Source of the DNA: a bacterium
GTDB lineage: Bacteria; Patescibacteriota; Saccharimonadia; UBA4664; JBBRNT01
Direction: 5' to 3'
DNA length: 64,000 nt
NCBI GenBank assembly: GCA_043767845.1
Contig: JAYUFZ010000016.1
Location: forward strand, 2,523 to 66,522
Part shown: positions 49,093-58,269 of the stretch, one piece after another
Position numbering within the stretch: the stretch's first letter is position 1
How the letters are laid out: the number at the start of each line of letters is the position of its first letter
Position numbers and translations under genes: made by a program
The notes under the pieces: generated by a model
What the model saw: only the letters and a program-made list of their open reading frames with translations
Database searches by the model: none
What the model was told of the DNA's origin: nothing

Positions 49093-49204
49093 ATAGCGGC
49101 TTTCTAGGCCCTCCCGGGTACTTCCTGGGAGGGCTACTTCATTTAAAGTGGGTATAAGCGAGCAATATGTTGAAAAGTTCTGACAAATAGTCCATAATAC
49201 CTGT

Positions 49205-49963
49205 ATGCAAATACCCGAATTAGCCAGCAAGCTGCAAGCCATAGGCCTCAATGACAAGGAGGCCCGTGTTTATGTTGCCAGCTTGTTTTTGGGGCCAGCA
49301 GCTGTGCAGCGCATTGCCGAGCAAGCGGGTGTTAATCGCGCCACAACCTACGTGATTCTGGGTCAACTCCAGGAGATGGGCCTGGTCAGTGAATCTACTG
49401 AGGCCAAAAAGACTGTCTACATCGCTGAAGGCCCAGAAGGTCTGGCGCGTTGGATTGCCGACCAAGAAGCCCTGGTGGCCACCCGCCGCAAGTCGCTCGA
49501 AGCGCTCACCGACGAATTACAGCAAGCGCAGCGCGTTGAAGAACGTGATGCTCCCGTGATCCGCTTCTACCGTGGCCGCGATGGGATTAGTAGTGTTCTT
49601 GAAGAGTCACGGCGAAAAAGACAACAAGGCGACGTGGTATATGGCTTTAGTGATAATGACGAAGCAGCAAAGATACTCCCCGACAACAGTAAAAAGTCAC
49701 CTGCTGCCCGTCTCAAGAAAAAGGTTTCAAGCAAGGCCTTCTATTACGCTAAGGGCAAGGGTTTAGCCTCGGATCCGAAATTGCTCCGAGAGGTCAAGAA
49801 GCTGGCTGCCGCTCCAAAGGCGGATATCTCCCTATCTCCTGGTCGCGCAACCATTATTACCTATCGAGGTGTCGATTCTATTGCCGTTGTCATAGAGAGC
49901 CAAGAGATTGTCGGTGCTCTTCGCCAGCTATTTGAACTGGCTTGGGAAAATAAGCCTGAGTAA
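49205..49963 (+). CDS. TrmB-family HTH regulator
   Basis: GLNDKEARVY, NRATTYVIL and FYRG motifs. Confidence 0.88.
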   Translation: MQIPELASKLQAIGLNDKEARVYVASLFLGPAAVQRIAEQAGVNRATTYVILGQLQEMGLVSESTEAKKTVYIAEGPEGLARWIADQEALVATRRKSLEALTDELQQAQRVEERDAPVIRFYRGRDGISSVLEESRRKRQQGDVVYGFSDNDEAAKILPDNSKKSPAARLKKKVSSKAFYYAKGKGLASDPKLLREVKKLAAAPKADISLSPGRATIITYRGVDSIAVVIESQEIVGALRQLFELAWENKPE

Positions 49964-50014
49964 AAACTGTCACATCTAGTTGACAGAAAATCGATCTTAT
50001 GCTAGGATGTGAGC

Positions 50015-50523
50015 ACCGTTTCTAAAAGCAGTTGCTGTCTTCCTGATGCTTGTGCGGTAGATGTCCGCACCATTGTTTTGATAGCGAAGCTCGACAGATG
50101 CACCCGGAAAGTCCTGGTGTAAGCCGTAAGGCGACGGTTAGTTACTCCTGGTGACTAATGGATTCCAATTAGTAGGTGGCACCCGAGCTGCCCAAAAACT
50201 CGGGTCGGTCGACATCGACCGTGTACGGTCCGGAGGCGGATAACCGCCCAGACACTGCTGCTGTAAGCGGCGCCTGATCGCTTCTACCAAGGAGGACCCC
50301 GACTCACAGATACGACGTGGCCTGAAAAGGTTGCAATCCAAAAGGCGTTTTCAGCGCCACAACACGCGGCTGTGCCGCGGAAACCATCGTCGATCGCCCA
50401 TCGCGATCAGCAACAAAATGGTCCGCTTGGCCGGTAGGAAAGTAGCTCACTTGCAGCAAACCCCTCCGGCCAGGCGCCCCCAATCTATGATCTTTATACC
50501 TAAACGCCTCTGGGCGTTTTTTG
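50015..50523 (+). ncRNA. putative large structured ncRNA (~500 nt) of unknown class
   Basis: TTGACA-17-TAGGAT promoter (49980-50008); nested 5'/3' pairing; dense hairpins; terminator 50502-50523. Confidence 0.72.
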
Positions 50524-50745
50524 TTTGCCTTGTTGCGCAGACCTCACTTACAATTTGTATGAACTGTGGATAACTGGATCAAATTTAAGTAATTTAGTCG
50601 GCATTCATTGACGCTAATAAACTATTACTCAACGGATAGGAAGTTAGAATGATTTAAGATATTACACAGAATGTGTTGACACAAAATTATAGACGTGATA
50701 ATCTACAATCAGTTCAAAGAAAAAATGTCAAAGAGGAGGGACAGA

Positions 50746-50820
50746 ATGGAACAATTACGAGTCGACAAAGCTGTGAGCAGCGCCAAAAAGTGTCAACGGC
50801 TATGGGATGACTCGGGCTAG
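50746..50820 (+). CDS. candidate 24-aa peptide in an orphan transcript
   Basis: TTGACA-17-TAATCT promoter, GAGGAGG RBS and terminator at ~50969-51006. Confidence 0.35.
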   Translation: MEQLRVDKAVSSAKKCQRLWDDSG

Positions 50821-51036
50821 CGGTGAGTAACAAAAATCTTTTACGGGTTCGAAGTTTCTAGGCAAGCGAGAGAAAAACCATATAACTTCCGGTTCAGCAC
50901 AGTGCCACATAATTACGATCAAGTATTAGGGCAGGTTTAGGCAGAAGCGGGGGTTAGGTTCAAAAACAAGAGAGATGGGCTTTTAGGGTAAGCACATCTC
51001 TTTTTTGTTTTGTACGAAAATACATCGTTTTACCGA

Positions 51037-51114
51037 TTTCGAATAGAAGGTTACCTTTTTACGCAGAAGAAAGGTAACCTTCTATTTACATTCGGTATTT
51101 GTTTGGTATAATGC
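51037..51114 (+). repeat. dispersed hairpin+promoter repeat, copy 5
   Basis: Near-identical copy upstream of polA. Confidence 0.95.
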
Positions 51115-51158
51115 TTTTTTCGGGTTTCAGCGAGTTGCTGGGCTGGTATACTTAACGC

Positions 51159-53945
51159 ATGAGTAAAAAACCACTTCTCGTCCTTATAGACGGCAGCGCT
51201 ATCTTCCACCGCGGCTACCACGCCATCCCGCCAACCTTTACCAATAAAGCTGGCCAGCCGACCAATGCCATTTATGGCTTTACCATGATCCTGCTGAAAG
51301 TTCTGGCCGATCTGTCGCCTAAGTACGCCGTAGTGGCGTGGGATATGCCCGGCGGCACCTTCCGTGATGACCTTTACGACCAGTACAAGGCGACCCGTAG
51401 TGCCACGCCGGACGATCTGAAGGCCCAAATGCCATACGCTCGAACTGTCACAGAGGCCCTCGGCATTAGCTTCGTGGAGCTATTCAAGTATGAAGCCGAT
51501 GACATCATAGGTACCTTCGCTGCGCAGGCTCATCACCAGAAAGAGCAGCTCGAGACTATCATTATCACAGGCGATAAGGATCAGCTGCAGCTCATAGACG
51601 AGCAAACCAGAGTCTTTTTGTATCGGCCGGTGGGCACCGATCCTATCAAGTACGATCTGGAAAAGATGCAGGAACGCTATGGCCTGACCCCGAAACAGTT
51701 CATTGACCTGAAGGCGCTGATGGGCGACTCCAGCGACAATATTCCGGGCGTAGCTGGCGTTGGCGAGAAGACGGCCATGACCATGATGGCCTCCTATGGC
51801 AGCCTGGATAATATCTATGCCCATGTCGACGAACTGAAGGGCAAACTCCAGGAACGGATGCTCGACCAAAAGGACATGGCCTATCTATCTCTTGAGCTTT
51901 CTCGGATTGCTTTGGACGCGCCGGTGAAGCTGGATATGGAGCAGGCTCGGCTGGGAACGGCCAAGAAGGAAGAGCTGATCGAGCTATTCAGGGAACTTGA
52001 TTTCAGGAGCCTGCTAGCTAAGCTACCCTCTGCTATCCATGCCGATGAGGCCGAGCTAGCGACTATTAGCGCCCAATCATCGGTCATCAGCGGTATGCCT
52101 AGCCTGTTTGGTGATGCTCCAGTGGTGGTACGCGACCGCCCACACCTCAAGACCGCCAAATATCATACCGTAGCTACCGAAGCTGATCTGGAAAAGCTGG
52201 CTGCTGAGCTGAGTAAGCAAAAAGTCTTTGCTTTTGATACCGAGACCACCGGCCTGGATGTCCTCACCGCTGATCTGGTGGGCATGAGCTTTAGTTTCAA
52301 GGCTGAGGAGGCATATTATGTGCCTGTAGGGCATGCTGGCAGTGATCAGGTGCAATTATCCAAACAAATGGTGCTACAAGCATTGAAACCAATTCTGGAG
52401 AATCCAGCCATCGGTAAGGTGGGGCACAATATTAAGTACGACTTCGAGATAATGCTGCGCCAGGGAGTTCGTCTGGGCAATGTGGCCTTCGACACTATGG
52501 TGGCCGCCTTTATCGTCAATCCGCTGGGCCGTACACAATCGCTCGATGACCTAGCTTCCAGCGAACTCGGGGTGGAGATGATTCCGATCTCGGAGCTGAT
52601 CGGCACCGGTAAGCAACAGCTCAACTTTTCTAATGTCTCTATCGAGCAAGCGACGACCTACGCTGCCGAGGATGCCGATATGACCTGGCGATTGTACGAG
52701 CTACTTGCGCCACAGATCCCAAAAGGCGGCTATGAACGGCTGACAGGCGATATCGAGTGGCCGCTTATTCCCGTTTTGGCCGACATGGAAATGGCTGGTA
52801 TTGAGCTGGATTCGGACTTCTTGGCTAAGTTCAATAAGGTCATTTCCAGGCGTATTCTGGAGCTCGATGAGCTGATCTGCGAGGCCGCCGGGGAGCGCTT
52901 TAATATAGCCTCGCCTTCGCAACTGTCGCGCATTCTCTTCGAGAAGCTAGCACTTACGGCAATAGGGGTTAAAAAAGGCAAAACCGGCACTATGTCGACA
53001 GCCGCCGGCGAGCTGGAGAAGCTTAAGGGCCAGCACCCCATCGTTGATCTGATATTTGAATACCGCGAACTAGCCAAGCTCAAGAACACCTACGTCGACG
53101 CCTTGCCGTTGATGGTTGGCGAGGATGGCCGGGTACATACCAGCTTTAACCAAACAATTGCCCAAACCGGCCGACTCTCATCGACCAATCCCAACCTGCA
53201 AAACATTCCGGTGCGTAGCGAGCTTGGTCGCGAGATTCGTAAGGCTTTTGTGGCCCCGAAGGGTAAAGTGCTCATTAGCGCCGACTATTCGCAGATCGAG
53301 CTGCGCGTGGCTGCCTCGCTATCTGGTGATAAAGCGATGATTAAGACATTTACCGATGGTATTGATCTGCATCAGCAGACAGCCGCCGAGCTCTATGGAG
53401 TACCACTTGAAGAGGTGACTAAGGAGCAGCGCTACAACGCCAAAACTATCAATTTCGGGGTGCTCTACGGCATGAGCCCACACGGGCTGAGCGTGGCTAC
53501 CGGGATGACCCGAGAGGAGGCGGTTGGCTTCATCGAACGCTACTATGAACTGCGGCCGAAGCTGAAGTCCTACATCGAGGGGATCAAGGCCGACGCCCGT
53601 AAAAACGAGTACGTTGAGACGCTCTTTGGCCGCCGCCGCCCCTGCGCTGAGATTAATTCTAGCAATTCTTTGATCTCCAACGCTGCTGAGCGCATGGCTG
53701 TGAACGTGCCAATCCAAGGTACCGCCGCCGATATTATGAAGCTAGCCATGGTAGCCCTAGCTCCGAAGCTGACTGGTGAAAATAAGCTCCTGCTCCAGAT
53801 ACACGATGAATTGATAGCTGAAGTCCCGGCCGATCAAGCCGATGCGGTGACCAAGATTATGAAAGACACTATGGAATCAGTTTATGATCTGGGCGTGAAG
53901 ATCGAAGTAGACACTGCCGTGGGCAAGAACTGGGGAGAGCTGTAG
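51159..53945 (+). CDS. polA: DNA polymerase I
   Basis: 5'-3' exonuclease, DTET 3'-5' exonuclease, DYSQIELR and LQIHDEL. Confidence 0.99.
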   Translation: MSKKPLLVLIDGSAIFHRGYHAIPPTFTNKAGQPTNAIYGFTMILLKVLADLSPKYAVVAWDMPGGTFRDDLYDQYKATRSATPDDLKAQMPYARTVTEALGISFVELFKYEADDIIGTFAAQAHHQKEQLETIIITGDKDQLQLIDEQTRVFLYRPVGTDPIKYDLEKMQERYGLTPKQFIDLKALMGDSSDNIPGVAGVGEKTAMTMMASYGSLDNIYAHVDELKGKLQERMLDQKDMAYLSLELSRIALDAPVKLDMEQARLGTAKKEELIELFRELDFRSLLAKLPSAIHADEAELATISAQSSVISGMPSLFGDAPVVVRDRPHLKTAKYHTVATEADLEKLAAELSKQKVFAFDTETTGLDVLTADLVGMSFSFKAEEAYYVPVGHAGSDQVQLSKQMVLQALKPILENPAIGKVGHNIKYDFEIMLRQGVRLGNVAFDTMVAAFIVNPLGRTQSLDDLASSELGVEMIPISELIGTGKQQLNFSNVSIEQATTYAAEDADMTWRLYELLAPQIPKGGYERLTGDIEWPLIPVLADMEMAGIELDSDFLAKFNKVISRRILELDELICEAAGERFNIASPSQLSRILFEKLALTAIGVKKGKTGTMSTAAGELEKLKGQHPIVDLIFEYRELAKLKNTYVDALPLMVGEDGRVHTSFNQTIAQTGRLSSTNPNLQNIPVRSELGREIRKAFVAPKGKVLISADYSQIELRVAASLSGDKAMIKTFTDGIDLHQQTAAELYGVPLEEVTKEQRYNAKTINFGVLYGMSPHGLSVATGMTREEAVGFIERYYELRPKLKSYIEGIKADARKNEYVETLFGRRRPCAEINSSNSLISNAAERMAVNVPIQGTAADIMKLAMVALAPKLTGENKLLLQIHDELIAEVPADQADAVTKIMKDTMESVYDLGVKIEVDTAVGKNWGEL

Positions 53946-54562
53946 TGAAGATGTATATTGACCTGACGCATGTCATGAATGACAAAACGGCAGTTTACCC
54001 GGGGGACCCGGCTACTACACTGGTGCCACATTCCAAGCTGGAGTCCGAGGGCTATTGTGACTACCTTTTGACCACCGGCACTCACGCCGGAACGCACATT
54101 GACGCCCCGATGCATATGATCGAAGGCGGCCAGGGGCTGGAGGCCTATGGGCCGGTGCGTTTCTTCGGACCGGGTATCTACGTCGACGCCAAAGACGGTT
54201 TTGACCTGGAAAAGATCAAAACCTTAGGCATTACCTCCGATCACATCGTCTTATTCAACACCGGCGCTTATTACCGTTTTTATGATGCCGACTACTATGA
54301 GTCATTCGCCGTTCTACCAGATACGGTCGTCGAATATCTAGCCAGTGTGCGGCCCAAGATGGTGGGTGTTGATACCGGAAGCGCCGATAATGCCGAGGGT
54401 TTTCCGGTGCACAAAGGCCTTTTGGGGGCCGATATTTTAATTATCGAGAACCTGGCGAACCTCGATCAGCTCGAAGGTAAGCAATTTGACGTGGTAGCAT
54501 TCCCTATCAGACTGGAAAATGATGGCGCGCCGGCCCGGGTAGTAGCAATAATCCAAGAATAA
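53945..54562 (+). CDS. cyclase/kynurenine-formamidase-family hydrolase
   Basis: HAGTHIDAPMH, IIENL and DGAPARV motifs. Confidence 0.9.
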   Translation: MKMYIDLTHVMNDKTAVYPGDPATTLVPHSKLESEGYCDYLLTTGTHAGTHIDAPMHMIEGGQGLEAYGPVRFFGPGIYVDAKDGFDLEKIKTLGITSDHIVLFNTGAYYRFYDADYYESFAVLPDTVVEYLASVRPKMVGVDTGSADNAEGFPVHKGLLGADILIIENLANLDQLEGKQFDVVAFPIRLENDGAPARVVAIIQE

Positions 54563-54610
54563 AACGGCCGGATCAGATTGCTCCGATCCGGCGAAGAGGT
54601 CATTGGGCCG

Positions 54611-54766
54611 TTACTTGCGCCCGTAGGCTTTTTCGCGCTTGTGGGCCGTAGCCCAGGCATCGTTGGCGGCTTGGTCAGCTGCGGCGACCTTGGCCTCTTT
54701 GCCGACACTGCGCATGGTTTTGATGATCACGGCGGCTATTGGGATGAGAAGCAAAGCGAATACCAT
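54611..54766 (-). CDS. small TM peptide
   Basis: AAGGA RBS and hydrophobic N-terminus. Confidence 0.45.
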   Translation of the reverse strand: MVFALLLIPIAAVIIKTMRSVGKEAKVAAADQAANDAWATAHKREKAYGRK

Positions 54767-54916
54767 ATCTATCCTTCGGTCCGGAGGCCGTAGCCTCAAT
54801 TTGTGGATTGCTCGATTGTAGCACAGATTCTACTGAAGTCGACTTTACTAGTATCCGTTCCACTCATGCTTTAGATTAAGGGTAAGCGCGCCGTATAATC
54901 TAGGTAACAGGGGTTT

Positions 54917-55633
54917 ATGATGAGTATTGAGGTAAAAGTCCACGAGGCGCAGACCAGTATCTTGCGTGAGTTATTGTTCGTGAAGGACTCCGGGTACTCC
55001 GAGCTACAGAAGCCGACTGGACTGACCAGTGATCACTTCAACTTTCATATCTCTAAGCTGGTGGAGTTAAAACTCGTCGAAAAAACGGATAAAGGGCGCT
55101 ATCACCTGACGCCACGCGGCAAAGAGTACGCCAATAAGCTTGATACCGACAATAAAACCATTGAGCGGCAGCCGAAAGTAGCGGTGCTGCTTGCCGTCGA
55201 GCGATCTGATAATGGCCAGCGCCAACTGCTATTCCAGGAGCGGCTGAAGAATCCGTACTTTGGCTATTGGGGCTTCCCCTCGGGCAAGATCCGTTGGGGC
55301 GAGACTATTCCGGAGACTGCAGCCAGGGAATTGATGGAGGAGACGGGCCTAGAAGCTGATTACCGCATTCTGGGGCTCTACCACGAGCATACCTTCATGG
55401 ATGAGACCAATGAGCTACTGGAGGACAAAATGTTCTTTGTGGTGCACTGTACCAATCCCAGAGGGGAGCTGATCGAGCGCTTCGAGGGTGGCCGCAATAG
55501 CTGGCTGTCGCTGGAAGATGCCCGCAAGCTCGATCCAAAGTTCACCAGCTTCGAAACCGAGCTGGAGATGATTGAGGGTACGCGGGGGATGTGGGTCGAG
55601 GAGCAGCACCGATATAGTAAGGAGAACTTTTAG
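54917..55633 (+). CDS. wHTH-NUDIX fusion protein
   Basis: N-terminal wHTH; Nudix box SGKIRWGETIPETAARELMEETG. Confidence 0.87.
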   Translation: MMSIEVKVHEAQTSILRELLFVKDSGYSELQKPTGLTSDHFNFHISKLVELKLVEKTDKGRYHLTPRGKEYANKLDTDNKTIERQPKVAVLLAVERSDNGQRQLLFQERLKNPYFGYWGFPSGKIRWGETIPETAARELMEETGLEADYRILGLYHEHTFMDETNELLEDKMFFVVHCTNPRGELIERFEGGRNSWLSLEDARKLDPKFTSFETELEMIEGTRGMWVEEQHRYSKENF

Positions 55634-55688
55634 ACGGAGTGCGATCGCTTGGCCGTGATATGATAGCTGTATCTGTTGAGGAAGTGTT

Positions 55689-56567
55689 GTGCCGGAACTA
55701 CCAGAAGTTGAAACCGTTCGTATTGGCCTAGCAAAATTGCTAGTAGGCCATATTGTTTTGCGTGTTGTTTCGGATACCCCGAAAAGCTTCCCCAATGAGC
55801 CCCAAGCAGTCGAGAAACTAGTTGTCGGCAAAAAGGTGATAGCAGTGCGGCGGCGGGCCAAGGTACTGCTCATTGACCTGGAAGGTGACCATACACTGGT
55901 AACCCATCTGAAGATGACCGGGCAGCTGGTCTACCGCAAGGCCGATGGCCAACGTTTTGGTGCTGGCCACCCAAACGAGAGCTTGATTGGTGACCTACCG
56001 GATCGTTCGACTAGAGTCACACTCGAGCTTGATAATGCCAATCTGTACTTCAATGATCAACGCAAGTTCGGCTGGATGAAATTACTAGCGACCGATATGG
56101 TCGAGCAAATGCCCTTTTTTCTCAAAGTCGGGCCCGAACCGCTTGATCCGAGCTTTACGCTCAAAGTGTTTACTGACAGGCTTATGAAACGGTCAAATTC
56201 GGGTATCAAAGCTGTTTTACTCGATCAGACTGTGCTGGCCGGCATCGGCAATATCTATGCCGATGAAGGGCTATGGGCGGCCAAAATCCACCCCGAGACG
56301 AAGGTCAAAGACATCCCAGCAGCGAAGATGAGAGCTCTGTATATTGGGTTGCTTGAAGTATTGCGATTGAGTATCGAAAAAGGTGGTTCTACAGATCGTA
56401 ATTATGTGAACGCCGAGGGCAAGCGGGGGAGTTATATCGACTTCGCCAAGGTTTTTCGGCGCGAGAAGTTGCCCTGCCCCAGGTGTGGGACGATTATCAT
56501 CAAAACGCGGGTAGCCGGTCGGGGGACGCATACCTGTCCGAAGTGCCAACGATTGAGCAATTCCTAA
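55689..56567 (+). CDS. mutM: formamidopyrimidine-DNA glycosylase
   Basis: PELPEVE, HLKMTG, GIGNIYADE and C4 zinc finger. Confidence 0.98.
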   Translation: MPELPEVETVRIGLAKLLVGHIVLRVVSDTPKSFPNEPQAVEKLVVGKKVIAVRRRAKVLLIDLEGDHTLVTHLKMTGQLVYRKADGQRFGAGHPNESLIGDLPDRSTRVTLELDNANLYFNDQRKFGWMKLLATDMVEQMPFFLKVGPEPLDPSFTLKVFTDRLMKRSNSGIKAVLLDQTVLAGIGNIYADEGLWAAKIHPETKVKDIPAAKMRALYIGLLEVLRLSIEKGGSTDRNYVNAEGKRGSYIDFAKVFRREKLPCPRCGTIIIKTRVAGRGTHTCPKCQRLSNS

Positions 56568-56657
56568 ACCTGCCAGGTTGGTAGGCTTGAGAATTGCCCC
56601 CGGCCAGACATTTGTCTGACCAGGGTCTGGTGACGTGGACGAATCCTAGCTCGGCAG

Positions 56658-57122
56658 CTACATGTTGGAGGTATCAATCTTGACCAGTTTGTCGTAGCCC
56701 TCTTCCTTGTGCGGCGGCCTGGCATCGAGCCAGCCAGCCATGAAGCCCATCCGGTAGTCGGGTACAACGCGTGCCCGTGCCTGAACGCGGCTGAGGCAGA
56801 CGGGGATCCGGGCGACATAGTAGCGGCCTTCGATCCTATCGGCTTTGACCCTACAGTGCCTGATCATCCGTAGACGCTCGGGCCGCTTAGCGTTAGTGGC
56901 GTCGACAACGATGTCACGGTTTTCGGCGAGCGCCGCATGGATAAGCCGGAAGACCTGGCTCCAGACTTCGGAGTTTCGAGATTGATCAGCTGCATCGCCG
57001 GTCATCTCCAGCCGAATATCGTCCGGGCAGATGTAGACAGCCCCTTTGTTGGCGGCAAAGGGCTTGAGGTGGGTGGTTTTGCCGCTGCCAGGCAGGCCGA
57101 TACCAATATAGGCGGTGGGCAT
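56658..57122 (-). CDS. AAA_33 / polynucleotide-kinase-like P-loop kinase
   Basis: GLPGSGKTT, CPDDIR and VDATN motifs. Confidence 0.85.
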   Translation of the reverse strand: MPTAYIGIGLPGSGKTTHLKPFAANKGAVYICPDDIRLEMTGDAADQSRNSEVWSQVFRLIHAALAENRDIVVDATNAKRPERLRMIRHCRVKADRIEGRYYVARIPVCLSRVQARARVVPDYRMGFMAGWLDARPPHKEEGYDKLVKIDTSNM

Positions 57123-57300
57123 ATAGACTTCCTCGGTGCTGGGAGGGTATGGGGTGCTTCTTGCTCCGGCTAGAGGCCGGTTAGATCTGACATATAATAC
57201 TATAATTGCACGGTAAGTCAATATTTATCTGATGTAAAATGCTCTGCTTTTGGAGAATCTGTTATAGACTTTCACCTTATCCTCAACGTAGACTAAGGCT

Positions 57301-58236
57301 ATGATCCTCTTCTTCTATGGCCCTAATACCTATGCCTCGCGTGCTGAATTGCGGCGGATGAGCGAAGCCTATTTGGCTAAAGCCGGATCGGATTTTGGTC
57401 TAGAGCGCATCGATGGGCCGGCTGCTAACCCCAAGACATTGCCCACCCAGCTGATGGCGGCACCTTTTTTGGCCAACTCACGGCTGGTGATTATCGACCA
57501 GCTAAGCGCCAATAAACCAGCTTGCGAGATGGTACTCAAGGTGCTTGATAAGGTGCCCTCGACGACCGTGGTTATATTCTACGAAGTTGAGCCCGACCAG
57601 CGCACTACTTGGTACAAAAGCCTTTTGGCCGCGTCAAAAGCTGTAAAGTTCGAGATGCTAACGCCTGGCCAACTGCAGACCTGGATTCGTCGCGAAGCGG
57701 CTAAGCTTGGCGCCGAAATAGACCGCCAGGCTACCAGCGAACTACTAGAGATTTGCGGCGATGATCAGTGGCGCCTTTCCGGTGAGATAGCCAAGCTGGC
57801 AGCCTATACACCGAGTATCGATGTGGCAAGCGTCCGTGCTCTCGTTACTACCAGCGCCACGAGCACTATTTTTGATATGGTCGATGCTATGACGGCTGGT
57901 GACCAGCGTAAGTCGATTGAAAGCTATCGCAACTTACTGGCCGCCCAAGCCAACGAATTATACATTCTCAGTATGATAGCTTGGCAATTGCGTAACCTCT
58001 TGCTAGCCAAGTCGGCCGGCAAAATATCCTCCCGCGATCTAGCCAAAAAAGCAGCCATGAGCCCCTATGTGGCCGAGAAGATGCTGCGCAAACAAGCCGG
58101 GCTATCGCTGGAGATGATCGGGAATGCCTACCGGCGCACTATTGAGACCGACTTTGCCATAAAGAGTGGCTACGGTAAGGCCGATGTGCTCGTTGAGAAG
58201 CTAATACTCGATGTGGCCACGGCGGCAGCTAAATAG
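57301..58236 (+). CDS. holA: DNA polymerase III delta subunit
   Basis: FFYGPN, PFLANSRLVII, IFDMVDA and D..IKSG motifs. Confidence 0.9.
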   Translation: MILFFYGPNTYASRAELRRMSEAYLAKAGSDFGLERIDGPAANPKTLPTQLMAAPFLANSRLVIIDQLSANKPACEMVLKVLDKVPSTTVVIFYEVEPDQRTTWYKSLLAASKAVKFEMLTPGQLQTWIRREAAKLGAEIDRQATSELLEICGDDQWRLSGEIAKLAAYTPSIDVASVRALVTTSATSTIFDMVDAMTAGDQRKSIESYRNLLAAQANELYILSMIAWQLRNLLLAKSAGKISSRDLAKKAAMSPYVAEKMLRKQAGLSLEMIGNAYRRTIETDFAIKSGYGKADVLVEKLILDVATAAAK

Positions 58237-58269
58237 CCAAGCAAAAAGCCCCAATCGAGAGACTGGAGC

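Noticed and set aside
50100-50120. GGAAAGTCC as proof of RNase P RNA
   Set aside because: The other universal RNase P segments, including the 3' P4 strand, are not recognisable, so the RNA is left unassigned
50215-50250. GTACGGTCCGGAGG as group II intron domain V
   Set aside because: There is no matching AGC/CGC-triad 5' strand, it forms a local palindrome instead, and there is no RT gene or interrupted host gene
50565-50700. Replication origin
   Set aside because: Only one clear DnaA box, and no dnaA or dnaN nearby
1420-51114. Repeat copies as a CRISPR array
   Set aside because: The copies are kilobases apart, with no spacer periodicity and no cas genes
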